The position numbers were made by a program, and so were the translations under genes. A stretch of DNA of 52,366 bases from a virus. The stretch's first letter is position 1. Every line of letters begins with the position of its first letter. A model generated the notes under the pieces. It was not told the origin of the DNA. It did not search any database and saw nothing but the letters and a program-made list of their open reading frames with translations. This document shows positions 35,301 to 42,217 of the stretch, one piece after another. The stretch lies in the IMG/VR virus record IMGVR_UViG_3300030000_000014; one strand, 5' to 3'.

Positions 35301-37686
35301 CAGCGTCTATTCCTGGACTAAAATATCCGATACCGATGTAACTAAAGCGTTAAATGATGCTGCAACGGCTCAAACTATTGCCAATGGTAAGCGCACAACA
35401 TTCGCAGTACAACCAACTACACCTTATTTGGTCGGTGATTTATGGCTGAACAGTGGTGATTTATTTAGTTGTAATGTAGCTCGTTCAACAGGTACTTTTA
35501 TTGCAAGTGATTGGTCAAAAGGGGTAAAATACACCGATGATACCGTTGCAAATCAAGCTGTAACAGCTGCTCAAAATGCTCAAACAACAGCTACTAATGC
35601 GGCAAATTCGGCAACAACGGCAAATTCATTACTTGCTGACATAGCTAATGACAATAAGTTGACAGCTTCTGAAAAACAGCAAACTAAAACCGAATGGGAT
35701 TCAATCGTATCTGAAAAAACGAAAAATGATACTCAAGCAGATGCTTTTTCGGTTTCAAGAACTGCATACGGTACGGCATATACTGCATTGAGTAACTACA
35801 TTACTGCGTTGCTAGCTGATTTGACTACCACAAGCGACATAGTAGGAACCACTTTTAGAACTAATTTTAAAGCGTACTATGATGCAAGAATTGATTTGCT
35901 AAATTCTATTGCTATAAAGTCAAAAACATTAGCAGATGCAGCACAATCTCAGGCTAATACTGCAAATGCGAACGCATCGACAGCTCAAAGTACTGCAAAT
36001 TTAGCTCAAACTAATTTGAATAATTTGCAGATAGGCGGTAGAAATTATTTTTCAAATAGTGAAATAAAATCTACGATTGGGTGGGACGCTTATAATTCTT
36101 CATTGTCAATAGTTGATAGTTCGTTAAGAGTATTAGGGAGCAATAGCCATGTTGGATTTCTAGCAACTTACACGCAGGCGATTGATGCGTTTAGAGAGGT
36201 CACAATTTCTTTTTATGCAAAAAACAATAAATCAAATCAAATTTCAATAGATTCATGGATTAATGGTAACGACAGCTTAAATCTAGGTACAGTAATTGGA
36301 AATAGCGGATGGGTTAAATTGATAAAGACATTTGTCCCAAAATACTATCAAGTAAACCAATTAAGCTCTTCTATGCTGTATGTAATTTCTCATGGAGATA
36401 GTGATTTTCAAGTAAAAAATATTAAAATTGAGTACGGGAATAAAGCAACAGATTGGACAGAAGCCCCCGAAGATGATTACGTAAAGAAAGCTCTTCAATC
36501 CAATACAGATATTAATGGCGGTTTATTCAGTACAACATTGATTCAAGTACGAGATACAGATAATGTTGTTAAGGGTGGAATGTCAGGCGTACAAAATGAT
36601 AATGTTGGCATTTGGACAGGTGGAACGTATGCGGATGCAATCGAGGGTATAGCGAAAAATATATTAAATAAAAATGGGAATTTCCGACTAGGTGGTGGAT
36701 TGATTGATTTCGATGCAGCTACACAAATAATGCTGATTAGCGCACTTATTAGAACTGCTGTATCGGGTGATAGGTTAGAAATAAGTAACTCCAATAACTC
36801 TATAACTATTTATGATTATGCTGGGTTAGAGAAAGTAAAAATATCTCCCAAAACAGTATCGCCACGTGGTGATATTGGAGGTTCTACAACAGTTACTACA
36901 ACTACCTATGCAGCGCACTCTAATACGATAGATGAAGATGGTACTGCTAACATTGGGAGTTCTGAAACAATAACTCTTGACGCAACTAAATTCTTTACCA
37001 TAGTAACGCCTGCAGTCAACTTCTCACTTTCAGCAAGTGGAGACTACGACGGTATTAATAAAATTCACTATACAGGTGATGCAAGCGTTCGTGTTAGTCT
37101 ATTTGATGTATCAAAAGGAGTATCTGTTTGGGAAAGTAACGAAAGCGTTTCATCAAGTAATTCATCCGTATCTGAGGATAGTGGCACTATCGGAGCAAAA
37201 ACACTTACCGGGATGAAAGGGAGCGTTTACCGTATTGATGTTACGATTAGTATTTCACACGAAGGTGCAGGAACCGGATTGGCAAGTGCTTCCATTTCGG
37301 CAGGGCAAACGCTTACCGGAACTATTGTAAATACTATTTCTGAAATAGGGCTGAATGGGTTTAATTTCATAAAATCAGCTACAGAATGGTTACACCTGGG
37401 AGATGATGACTTTTCAAGACGTGGAGCAACTGATATACCGGCAGGATTGGGAGGAGGAGGTTTTTCAAGTGGTGGTGGACTTGCATCTTCTTGGGGTAAA
37501 TTTCCACCAACAGGTTGTGGTGGAGCTACAACAAAAACAATAACACATGGTATTGGAGATACTGATTACGCCATTATAGTAACGATGACATCTAATAATA
37601 CATTTTATGTAACTGGTAAAACAGCATCCCAAATACAAGTTGTTACATCGGGTTCAGCTGATTTTATATTTGTTCGTACTAAATAA
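32326..37686 (+). CDS. Tail-associated / receptor-binding fibre protein (Tal-like N-terminus, two CBM-like modules, Ala/Thr/Asn-rich helical linkers)
   Basis: 1786 aa. Position after Dit. Repeated NNLQIGG...GNK(V/A)TDW modules and WFYDYEPT...GDLFYW-type fibre motifs. Confidence 0.7.
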   Translation: MKIFNNNIEIIDIIVKDESYRYRTIMGENALTLTFSLSTFIEIPRGAYADFEGERYTLLKPQVFTEISSKEFEYTLILESAKALLGRYKFRDSSSKKLKFANTAKASAHLAMLVWNLNQRDSGWSVGECIDSTEKVLNFNHTYCDEALKMIAQKFDTEFEVVGKVISLKKIEYNKANPLPLSYGFGNGFKTGIKRENFDNSKAVEVLFVSGGEKNINASTYGSSELLLPKNQTLVYEGRTYISDENGYSIRRADKELFSHIEDSTDCSHIYPSRIGTISSVVVVDAAKSFYDFIDTSIPAGLDYSVCLMDGEKMTVIFQSGILEGKEFDVNYSHSTRKFEIVPQEIDGVTMPNATFKPIVGDTYAVFGISLPDAYVCDNASKTGSSWDMFREAAKYFFENEDPRYSFTGELDGDWTKTDWVNIGGKIVLGGYVSFTNEKFQQTPLLIRIVGVKDYINNPHTPVVELSNITVGGNSLSSELGRIDQNEVVVEESKKDAIRFAKRGFRDAKQTTEMLQSALLNFSSSISPLTVQTMQVIAGDETLQFEFVSSSTSTTSVSHNENYNPATKQFSSEAGILQHKTLGVTTLSSSHAASELKWWNMTAFVSAVLDDSSKSYYLYAKVSKTDNTGVSLLSENAIALESVAGYYHLLMGILNSENDGDRSYSQFYGYSELTPARMTVKKVVSPSGNTFFDLENEVIQGNIKFQSGVTVETGISNAKSEAIQTAAGDATAKVNNLQIGGENLVDDSSYENGRSIQTYGATPSGTVSVDTSIFFDGSKSMKHIFSRSQSDEPCGIYSIMSQYDFLDKIKGKQIVHSIYVKASGSAIGRTIVPYLYFGATDKYGDNFTLDGSWQQIWMTAIVPTNSTVFFSYIFGNFTSGDIINVDCVFVGFGNKVTDWKLSKKDIDAFTIAKANAAAELAYANAQSYVNAIKTDLQSQIDGNITSWFYDYEPTTSNIPASNWNPDSVKDIHLGDLFYWTSKGWAYRYMKSGSVYSWTKISDTDVTKALNDAATAQTIANGKRTTFAVQPTTPYLVGDLWLNSGDLFSCNVARSTGTFIASDWSKGVKYTDDTVANQAVTAAQNAQTTATNAANSATTANSLLADIANDNKLTASEKQQTKTEWDSIVSEKTKNDTQADAFSVSRTAYGTAYTALSNYITALLADLTTTSDIVGTTFRTNFKAYYDARIDLLNSIAIKSKTLADAAQSQANTANANASTAQSTANLAQTNLNNLQIGGRNYFSNSEIKSTIGWDAYNSSLSIVDSSLRVLGSNSHVGFLATYTQAIDAFREVTISFYAKNNKSNQISIDSWINGNDSLNLGTVIGNSGWVKLIKTFVPKYYQVNQLSSSMLYVISHGDSDFQVKNIKIEYGNKATDWTEAPEDDYVKKALQSNTDINGGLFSTTLIQVRDTDNVVKGGMSGVQNDNVGIWTGGTYADAIEGIAKNILNKNGNFRLGGGLIDFDAATQIMLISALIRTAVSGDRLEISNSNNSITIYDYAGLEKVKISPKTVSPRGDIGGSTTVTTTTYAAHSNTIDEDGTANIGSSETITLDATKFFTIVTPAVNFSLSASGDYDGINKIHYTGDASVRVSLFDVSKGVSVWESNESVSSSNSSVSEDSGTIGAKTLTGMKGSVYRIDVTISISHEGAGTGLASASISAGQTLTGTIVNTISEIGLNGFNFIKSATEWLHLGDDDFSRRGATDIPAGLGGGGFSSGGGLASSWGKFPPTGCGGATTKTITHGIGDTDYAIIVTMTSNNTFYVTGKTASQIQVVTSGSADFIFVRTK

Positions 37687-37689
37687 AAA

Positions 37690-37720
37690 AATAAGGGCTG
37701 CAAAAACTGCAACCCTTATT
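37690..37720. terminator. Bidirectional hairpin between convergent fibre and lipoprotein genes
   Basis: AATAAGGGCTGCA-aaaac-TGCAACCCTTATT (one mismatch), with an A-run upstream and a T-run downstream. Confidence 0.6.
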
Positions 37721-37737
37721 TTAAATTGTTCTTAATT

Positions 37738-38313
37738 TTATTGTAAATTTTGTGCCTTTAGTGTCTTGTATTCTGCCCCTGTAATTGGAATGAAAGTAAA
37801 TGCTTCGTTAAACGTCTTTATCATTAAAGCTTCATCTTTATTTTCGTAAGCTTGCTTTATGATTATTTGAGCCGACCGTATTGTTGAGTTCGGAATATAA
37901 CCAAGAGTATCACGAGGTGCACCAGCGGGGGCATGTAGGTTAAACTTAATTAAAATACAATCAGCTGATTCTATAAAGTCTGGCACATAATTACCGTCCT
38001 GATTGATTATGTCGACTCCATACATTTTTAAGCACGGTGTACTTGAAACAGTATCTCGTTGATTCGACTCAAAGACTCGTTCCCATTTAAGGTTGTTGAA
38101 ATTATATTGAATAATTGTAGTTTGCTTTACTATATCCAATGCGCTCAAATGTGTATCTGTAACTTTTACAAAAGCGGGTGCTTTTGATGCTCCATAAGCG
38201 GGTTTAATGCTAATCATAGCATTTGGATCAAGTTTCAAAATATTAGGCTCATCTTTTGAACCGCATGATGCGAAAGCAATTGAAATTAGGGTGATGATAA
38301 TTAGTTTTTTCAT
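37738..38313 (-). CDS. Lipoprotein (moron)
   Basis: MKKLIIITLISIAFASCGSKDE has a signal peptide plus lipobox Cys. It is the only minus-strand gene in the structural/lysis region. Confidence 0.7.
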   Translation of the reverse strand: MKKLIIITLISIAFASCGSKDEPNILKLDPNAMISIKPAYGASKAPAFVKVTDTHLSALDIVKQTTIIQYNFNNLKWERVFESNQRDTVSSTPCLKMYGVDIINQDGNYVPDFIESADCILIKFNLHAPAGAPRDTLGYIPNSTIRSAQIIIKQAYENKDEALMIKTFNEAFTFIPITGAEYKTLKAQNLQ

Positions 38314-38335
38314 AATTGTATGAATTAAATTTCGA

Positions 38336-38343
38336 CAAAGATA
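38336..38343 (-). promoter_or_regulatory. Host-type -7 box TATCTTTG for the lipoprotein gene
   Basis: The reverse complement of caaagata matches the Bacteroides TAnnTTTG consensus, about 23 nt upstream of the ATG. Confidence 0.5.
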
Positions 38344-38444
38344 TAGATAATAACATAAATTGAGGTTTGTTTTTTAAAAGAATTTGATAATTGACACTAG
38401 AATGTTATCAATTTGCTGATTTATTGCATGTTTTTCAGAAATAA

Positions 38445-38477
38445 GTGAGCGTATTACAATCATATTTTATATTTTTG
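38445..38477 (+). promoter_or_regulatory. Palindrome plus -7 box cassette, copy D (upstream of the lysis genes)
   Basis: GTGAGCGTATTACAATCAT (degenerate right arm), then TATTTTTG at 38470-38477. Confidence 0.55.
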
Positions 38478-38525
38478 TAGAGTAAAGTTTATCAATTTTG
38501 AAATAATGTAATATAGTCAATTACT

Positions 38526-39005
38526 ATGAATGATTTATTCTATCAATTGTATGATTTCTTGAAGAACGCTATTGTAATGATAGTCACGACATTATTCACA
38601 ATTTACATGCAACTTGAAGATGTTTACATCCTGATTTTCTTTGCTTTTGTGGCAAACATAGCAGCAGGAATTTATACTGATGTAAACGTAAATAATAAGC
38701 CATTCAAAATTGACAAGGCATTCGAAGCATTTAAGCATTTTGGTTTTTATGTCTTTTTGGTGTATTTCATTTATAGTACAGGAGTAAGGACAAAGGACGA
38801 ATACATTCAAGTGCTTGGAGTAAAGTGGACTACGCTGATTGTAATTTATTTCTACATAACAAACATTCTAAGGAATGGAACGCTGATATGGCCTGACAAT
38901 AAGACAATATCATTTCTGTACTTGGTTTTCTCAACTCAGATTTTCGACCGATTAAAGAGTGCATTAGGTTTTAAAGCTAACAATAATAAAGACAATGAAT
39001 TATGA
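38526..39005 (+). CDS. Holin-like membrane protein
   Basis: 159 aa with about 4 hydrophobic segments. Overlaps the start of the amidase gene. Confidence 0.45.
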   Translation: MNDLFYQLYDFLKNAIVMIVTTLFTIYMQLEDVYILIFFAFVANIAAGIYTDVNVNNKPFKIDKAFEAFKHFGFYVFLVYFIYSTGVRTKDEYIQVLGVKWTTLIVIYFYITNILRNGTLIWPDNKTISFLYLVFSTQIFDRLKSALGFKANNNKDNEL

Positions 39006-39601
39006 GAATTTTAATTGACAATGGTCATGGTATTGAAACACCTGGCAAGCGTTCGCCTGTATGGCCGGACAAGTCACAGCTACTTGAATACAAGTATGCA
39101 CGTGAGATTGCTCAACTTGTAGCAGCAAAGCTTAAGAAATTAGGACTTGTTGTTGATTTGATTGTTCCCGAAGAGAATGATATTCCACTTACTGAACGTT
39201 GCAAAAGAGTAAACAAAATTGCTTCAATCGTTGGAGCAAAGAACTGCTTGCTTGTCTCAATTCATGCAAATGCGAGTGACACGAATGCGGAAGCTCGTGG
39301 TTGGGAAGTTCACACGTTCACTGGTCAAAGCATTTCTGATGTTTATGCTACAGTTTTTTGGAAAGAAGCAGAAGCGATTTTGAAACAAGAAACAAAAATG
39401 CGTGGCGATTGGTCGGATAAGGACCCGGACTATGACAGCAATTTTGCTATGTTGCGTGACACGGTTTGTCCTTCTGTTTTGACAGAGAACTTATTTATGA
39501 CCAACGACCAGGATTGTAAGTTTCTGTTGTCTGCAGCAGGTAAGAAAGCCGTTGTTGATCTGCATGTAAATGCAATTGTAAAAATAGCTAACTTGTCATG
39601 A
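39002..39601 (+). CDS. N-acetylmuramoyl-L-alanine amidase (Amidase_3-type endolysin)
   Basis: ILIDNGHGIETPGKRSP...LVSIHANAS...WEVH...E..F pattern. Confidence 0.8.
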   Translation: MRILIDNGHGIETPGKRSPVWPDKSQLLEYKYAREIAQLVAAKLKKLGLVVDLIVPEENDIPLTERCKRVNKIASIVGAKNCLLVSIHANASDTNAEARGWEVHTFTGQSISDVYATVFWKEAEAILKQETKMRGDWSDKDPDYDSNFAMLRDTVCPSVLTENLFMTNDQDCKFLLSAAGKKAVVDLHVNAIVKIANLS

Positions 39602-39846
39602 AAAAGCTGAAACGTTGGTGGATAAGGTTCACCAATCCTACACCCAAGAAGTGGAAGGATGCACGAAATTATTTTGGCGGGGTAGCTGCCGGGATTACAG
39701 GTGGATTAGTTGCTGTAAAAGTAGTTGATCTATCAATGCCCGATTCAACAAAAACGGTTCTCACCGTTGCCCTGTTCATTGCTGCAAGCCTTACAGCGTA
39801 TTGTCAAAGTCATGAAACTAACACCAAACAAGATGAAAACAAGTAA
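39598..39846 (+). CDS. Small two-TM membrane protein (holin/antiholin candidate)
   Basis: GGVAAGITGGLVAV and VLTVALFIAASLTAY hydrophobic segments. Confidence 0.45.
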   Translation: MKKLKRWWIRFTNPTPKKWKDARNYFGGVAAGITGGLVAVKVVDLSMPDSTKTVLTVALFIAASLTAYCQSHETNTKQDENK

Positions 39847-39952
39847 ACGAACTTTTTTAAAAACTCTGTTTTTGATATTAGTCAAAAACGAACGTTGGTT
39901 CCATAGTCCGAAAAACATTGATGCTTTGATCTATCGGGAACAAAGGAGAAAC

Positions 39953-40585
39953 ATGATTGCATATTCGTGGAGTTTCTTAGCCGTTTTCATTGTTGGGTTA
40001 TTGTTTGTTGGGTGTTCAACTACCAAAACAACCAAAATAAAGACCGACCAAGCGATTTCTAGCGATACACAGGTCAAAAAGTCTTCCGAACTAACCAATA
40101 CTACCAACTTGGTAGATAAGTCGATTATATCGAATAATACGTCAATTGGAAAAACATTGGATATTACTGAAAATGAGATTGGCGAGGTTACAGGTAAGTT
40201 GACTATTTTCGATACTTCATTGCCGGTAGATGCTAAGACTGGAAAACCGCCTGCAAAATCTGAATTAGTTTGGACTAATAAAAAAACTACTCAGAAAAGT
40301 GAAAATCAAAAATCGAATGTTGTTACTACGGATCAGAAAAAGAATGATTTGAAAATTGACGAAAAAAGCGTTTCGAAAAACAAATCAGACAGTTCGGCCA
40401 ATGTAAAAGCTAAAACGAAAACGGAAGATACAACAACCGTGAAAAAATTACCAAATATGTCTTTGATACTGCTTGGTGTTCTCGGTGTTACTGTTCTACT
40501 TATTTTCGTTTTCAAAATTCCAATTGTTGAGTTATTTGTAAAAATGTTTTCTTTCGTCAGAAAAATTCTCGGAAAACAGAAATAA
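39953..40585 (+). CDS. Unimolecular-spanin-like protein (N-terminal lipobox plus C-terminal TM)
   Basis: ATG at 39953 behind aaaggag. MIAYSWSFLAVFIVGLLFVGCSTTK lipobox. C-terminal MSLILLGVLGVTVLLIFVF. An alternative start lies at 39833. Confidence 0.45.
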   Translation: MIAYSWSFLAVFIVGLLFVGCSTTKTTKIKTDQAISSDTQVKKSSELTNTTNLVDKSIISNNTSIGKTLDITENEIGEVTGKLTIFDTSLPVDAKTGKPPAKSELVWTNKKTTQKSENQKSNVVTTDQKKNDLKIDEKSVSKNKSDSSANVKAKTKTEDTTTVKKLPNMSLILLGVLGVTVLLIFVFKIPIVELFVKMFSFVRKILGKQK

Positions 40586-40605
40586 TTCAGGAACAATTGG
40601 TAAAA

Positions 40606-40694
40606 CTTCCCGAACTTTTGGCAATTATTCCGTCTCGCGCGCGGATCATAAGAGTAGAGTAAAGTAGAGAAGAATAGAGTAGAGTAGAAAAGAG
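40606..40694 (+). repeat. TTCCCGAA box plus GAGTA iteron tract, copy 3
   Basis: CTTCCCGAACTTTTGGC is the reverse complement of 5162-5178. It is followed by CGCGCGCG, then GAGTAGAGTAAAGTAGAGAAGAATAGAGTAGAGTAGA. Confidence 0.75.
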
Positions 40695-40746
40695 ATTTTT
40701 CCGAAAAAATATACTGCTGTTTTATACTGTTTAAAATTTGTTTGAT

Positions 40747-40782
40747 AAGCCGTTAGCCTGTGAAGGTCAACGGCTTTTTTTT
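40747..40782 (+). terminator. Intrinsic terminator after the lysis cassette
   Basis: AAGCCGTT-14 nt-AACGGCTT followed by a T-run. Confidence 0.65.
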
Positions 40783-40852
40783 GTTAGTAAACGTCAACAA
40801 AAAGAAGAATACAGTTAATCAAACTTAAAACAAAGAAACATTCTCGCAAAAT

Positions 40853-40885
40853 GTGAGCGTATTACAATCATATTTGCTAGTTTTA
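40853..40885 (+). promoter_or_regulatory. Palindrome plus -7 box cassette, copy E
   Basis: GTGAGCGTATTACAATCAT (identical to copy D), then TAGTTTTA at 40878-40885. Confidence 0.55.
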
Positions 40886-40933
40886 CATATTATTAATTCA
40901 ATATAAAACTAACAGTTTAAAAACAGTATAAAA

Positions 40934-41290
40934 ATGAAAGCAATAATCGTAAAAGACAATGATTTTAAGACAATTGGTTTTGAGGTTACCTCTAAAGCAG
41001 AAAATGGATTAAGAGGTGAAACAATACTATTTAGTTGGGGAATATCCTCAACACTAAAAAGCAACTTTCAAAAGGAAGTCAATGCAAATCATTGGTTAGT
41101 TCAAATTTTCGATTTAGTTAAGCTTAAAGGAGTTCTTCAAGAACAAGAAGAAGGTGTTCGTGAGTTCTTTAGTGTTGCAGGTAAGAATAAATTAATCAAA
41201 GACGGACAAGGTGTTGATGTCAATGATTATAAGCAAAGAGTTGAAATTACAAAAATGAAAATTGAAAATATAGTTAAGAATATAATTTAA
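40934..41290 (+). CDS. Hypothetical protein
   Basis: ORF track. Confidence 0.5.
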   Translation: MKAIIVKDNDFKTIGFEVTSKAENGLRGETILFSWGISSTLKSNFQKEVNANHWLVQIFDLVKLKGVLQEQEEGVREFFSVAGKNKLIKDGQGVDVNDYKQRVEITKMKIENIVKNII

Positions 41291-41301
41291 AAAGTAGCAG
41301 T

Positions 41302-42213
41302 ATGGAAACAAATTATTTATCACATTTACAGGAATCAGCTTACCGGGCATTTTATTGGACTTCATTCAGTCCTGATGTTAGAGGTAAACAGTGTATTGAC
41401 GAACATGAATCACAGCTGAGTGATGACATTAAATCTATCCCAAGTTCGGAGCATGAAAGATACATCGCAAAATATGTAGAACTATTCTCTAAATGGTTGA
41501 GTGCTCATTCAAGGTGTGCAAGTTCAGCAATAACAGGTGGATCAGGGTTCAATGTTAGAAGAGCTGAGAAAGCAAACAACAGTGAGCGTAACGCTTATAA
41601 AAACTTTGACGAGTGGAGAACCAATGCAAAGAAATCTATTGAAAAACGTATCGAGCAAAATAAGCCAGAAGCACAAAAGAAATCAGAAGCATGGCAGCGA
41701 TTAGAAAAAGATATTTTGCATTCTGCAGCAGTAATTCACGGTATAAACAAAGGGCTTGAAAGGGGCTGTAGTAAAGCTCTTTTTGTCAGTTCAATTTATC
41801 AAAAGACTGAAACATTCGCTAAGAAAGGGGACTTTGAAACTGTTCAGCTAGCAATTAATTGTATTCGTAACTTCAACGAAACAATGTCTGTAGTAATTAC
41901 CGAAAGACACAAGTTTTTCAAGTTGGCTGAAAAGGCCGAAGCAAAGAAAGAAAGTATTGAGGAACGTTCACAAATGGAAAATCAAGAGCTTTTGATAATT
42001 GGCGGTAAAGTTATCTACAATTACGAAATTGACAGATTGCAACTTGAATTTGACGAAAAGCCCTCCTATAGTATTATTCAAGAATTAAAAAGTCATGCGT
42101 TCAAATGGGCTCCGTCCACCGGAGTTTGGCAAAGACAATTGACTGGGAATGCGATTTATTCGACTAAGCTATTTTTGAAGAGTAATAATTTATTTATATC
42201 TAAATCAGAATGA
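41302..42213 (+). CDS. DUF3560-like protein
   Basis: C-terminal LQLEFDEKPSYSIIQELKSHAFKWAPSTGVWQRQLT resembles the DUF3560 signature. AAGTAGCAGTATG start context. Confidence 0.4.
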   Translation: METNYLSHLQESAYRAFYWTSFSPDVRGKQCIDEHESQLSDDIKSIPSSEHERYIAKYVELFSKWLSAHSRCASSAITGGSGFNVRRAEKANNSERNAYKNFDEWRTNAKKSIEKRIEQNKPEAQKKSEAWQRLEKDILHSAAVIHGINKGLERGCSKALFVSSIYQKTETFAKKGDFETVQLAINCIRNFNETMSVVITERHKFFKLAEKAEAKKESIEERSQMENQELLIIGGKVIYNYEIDRLQLEFDEKPSYSIIQELKSHAFKWAPSTGVWQRQLTGNAIYSTKLFLKSNNLFISKSE

Positions 42214-42217
42214 TATT

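Noticed and set aside
32326-37686. A possible diversity-generating retroelement targeting the fibre gene.
   Set aside because: No reverse-transcriptase ORF (no YxDD-type motif) and no near-identical template/variable repeat pair were seen anywhere in the window.
40634-40644. The CGCGCGCG tract read as a stand-alone Z-DNA or restriction-site signal.
   Set aside because: A single 8-11 nt occurrence is too short to interpret alone. It is reported only as part of element copy 3.
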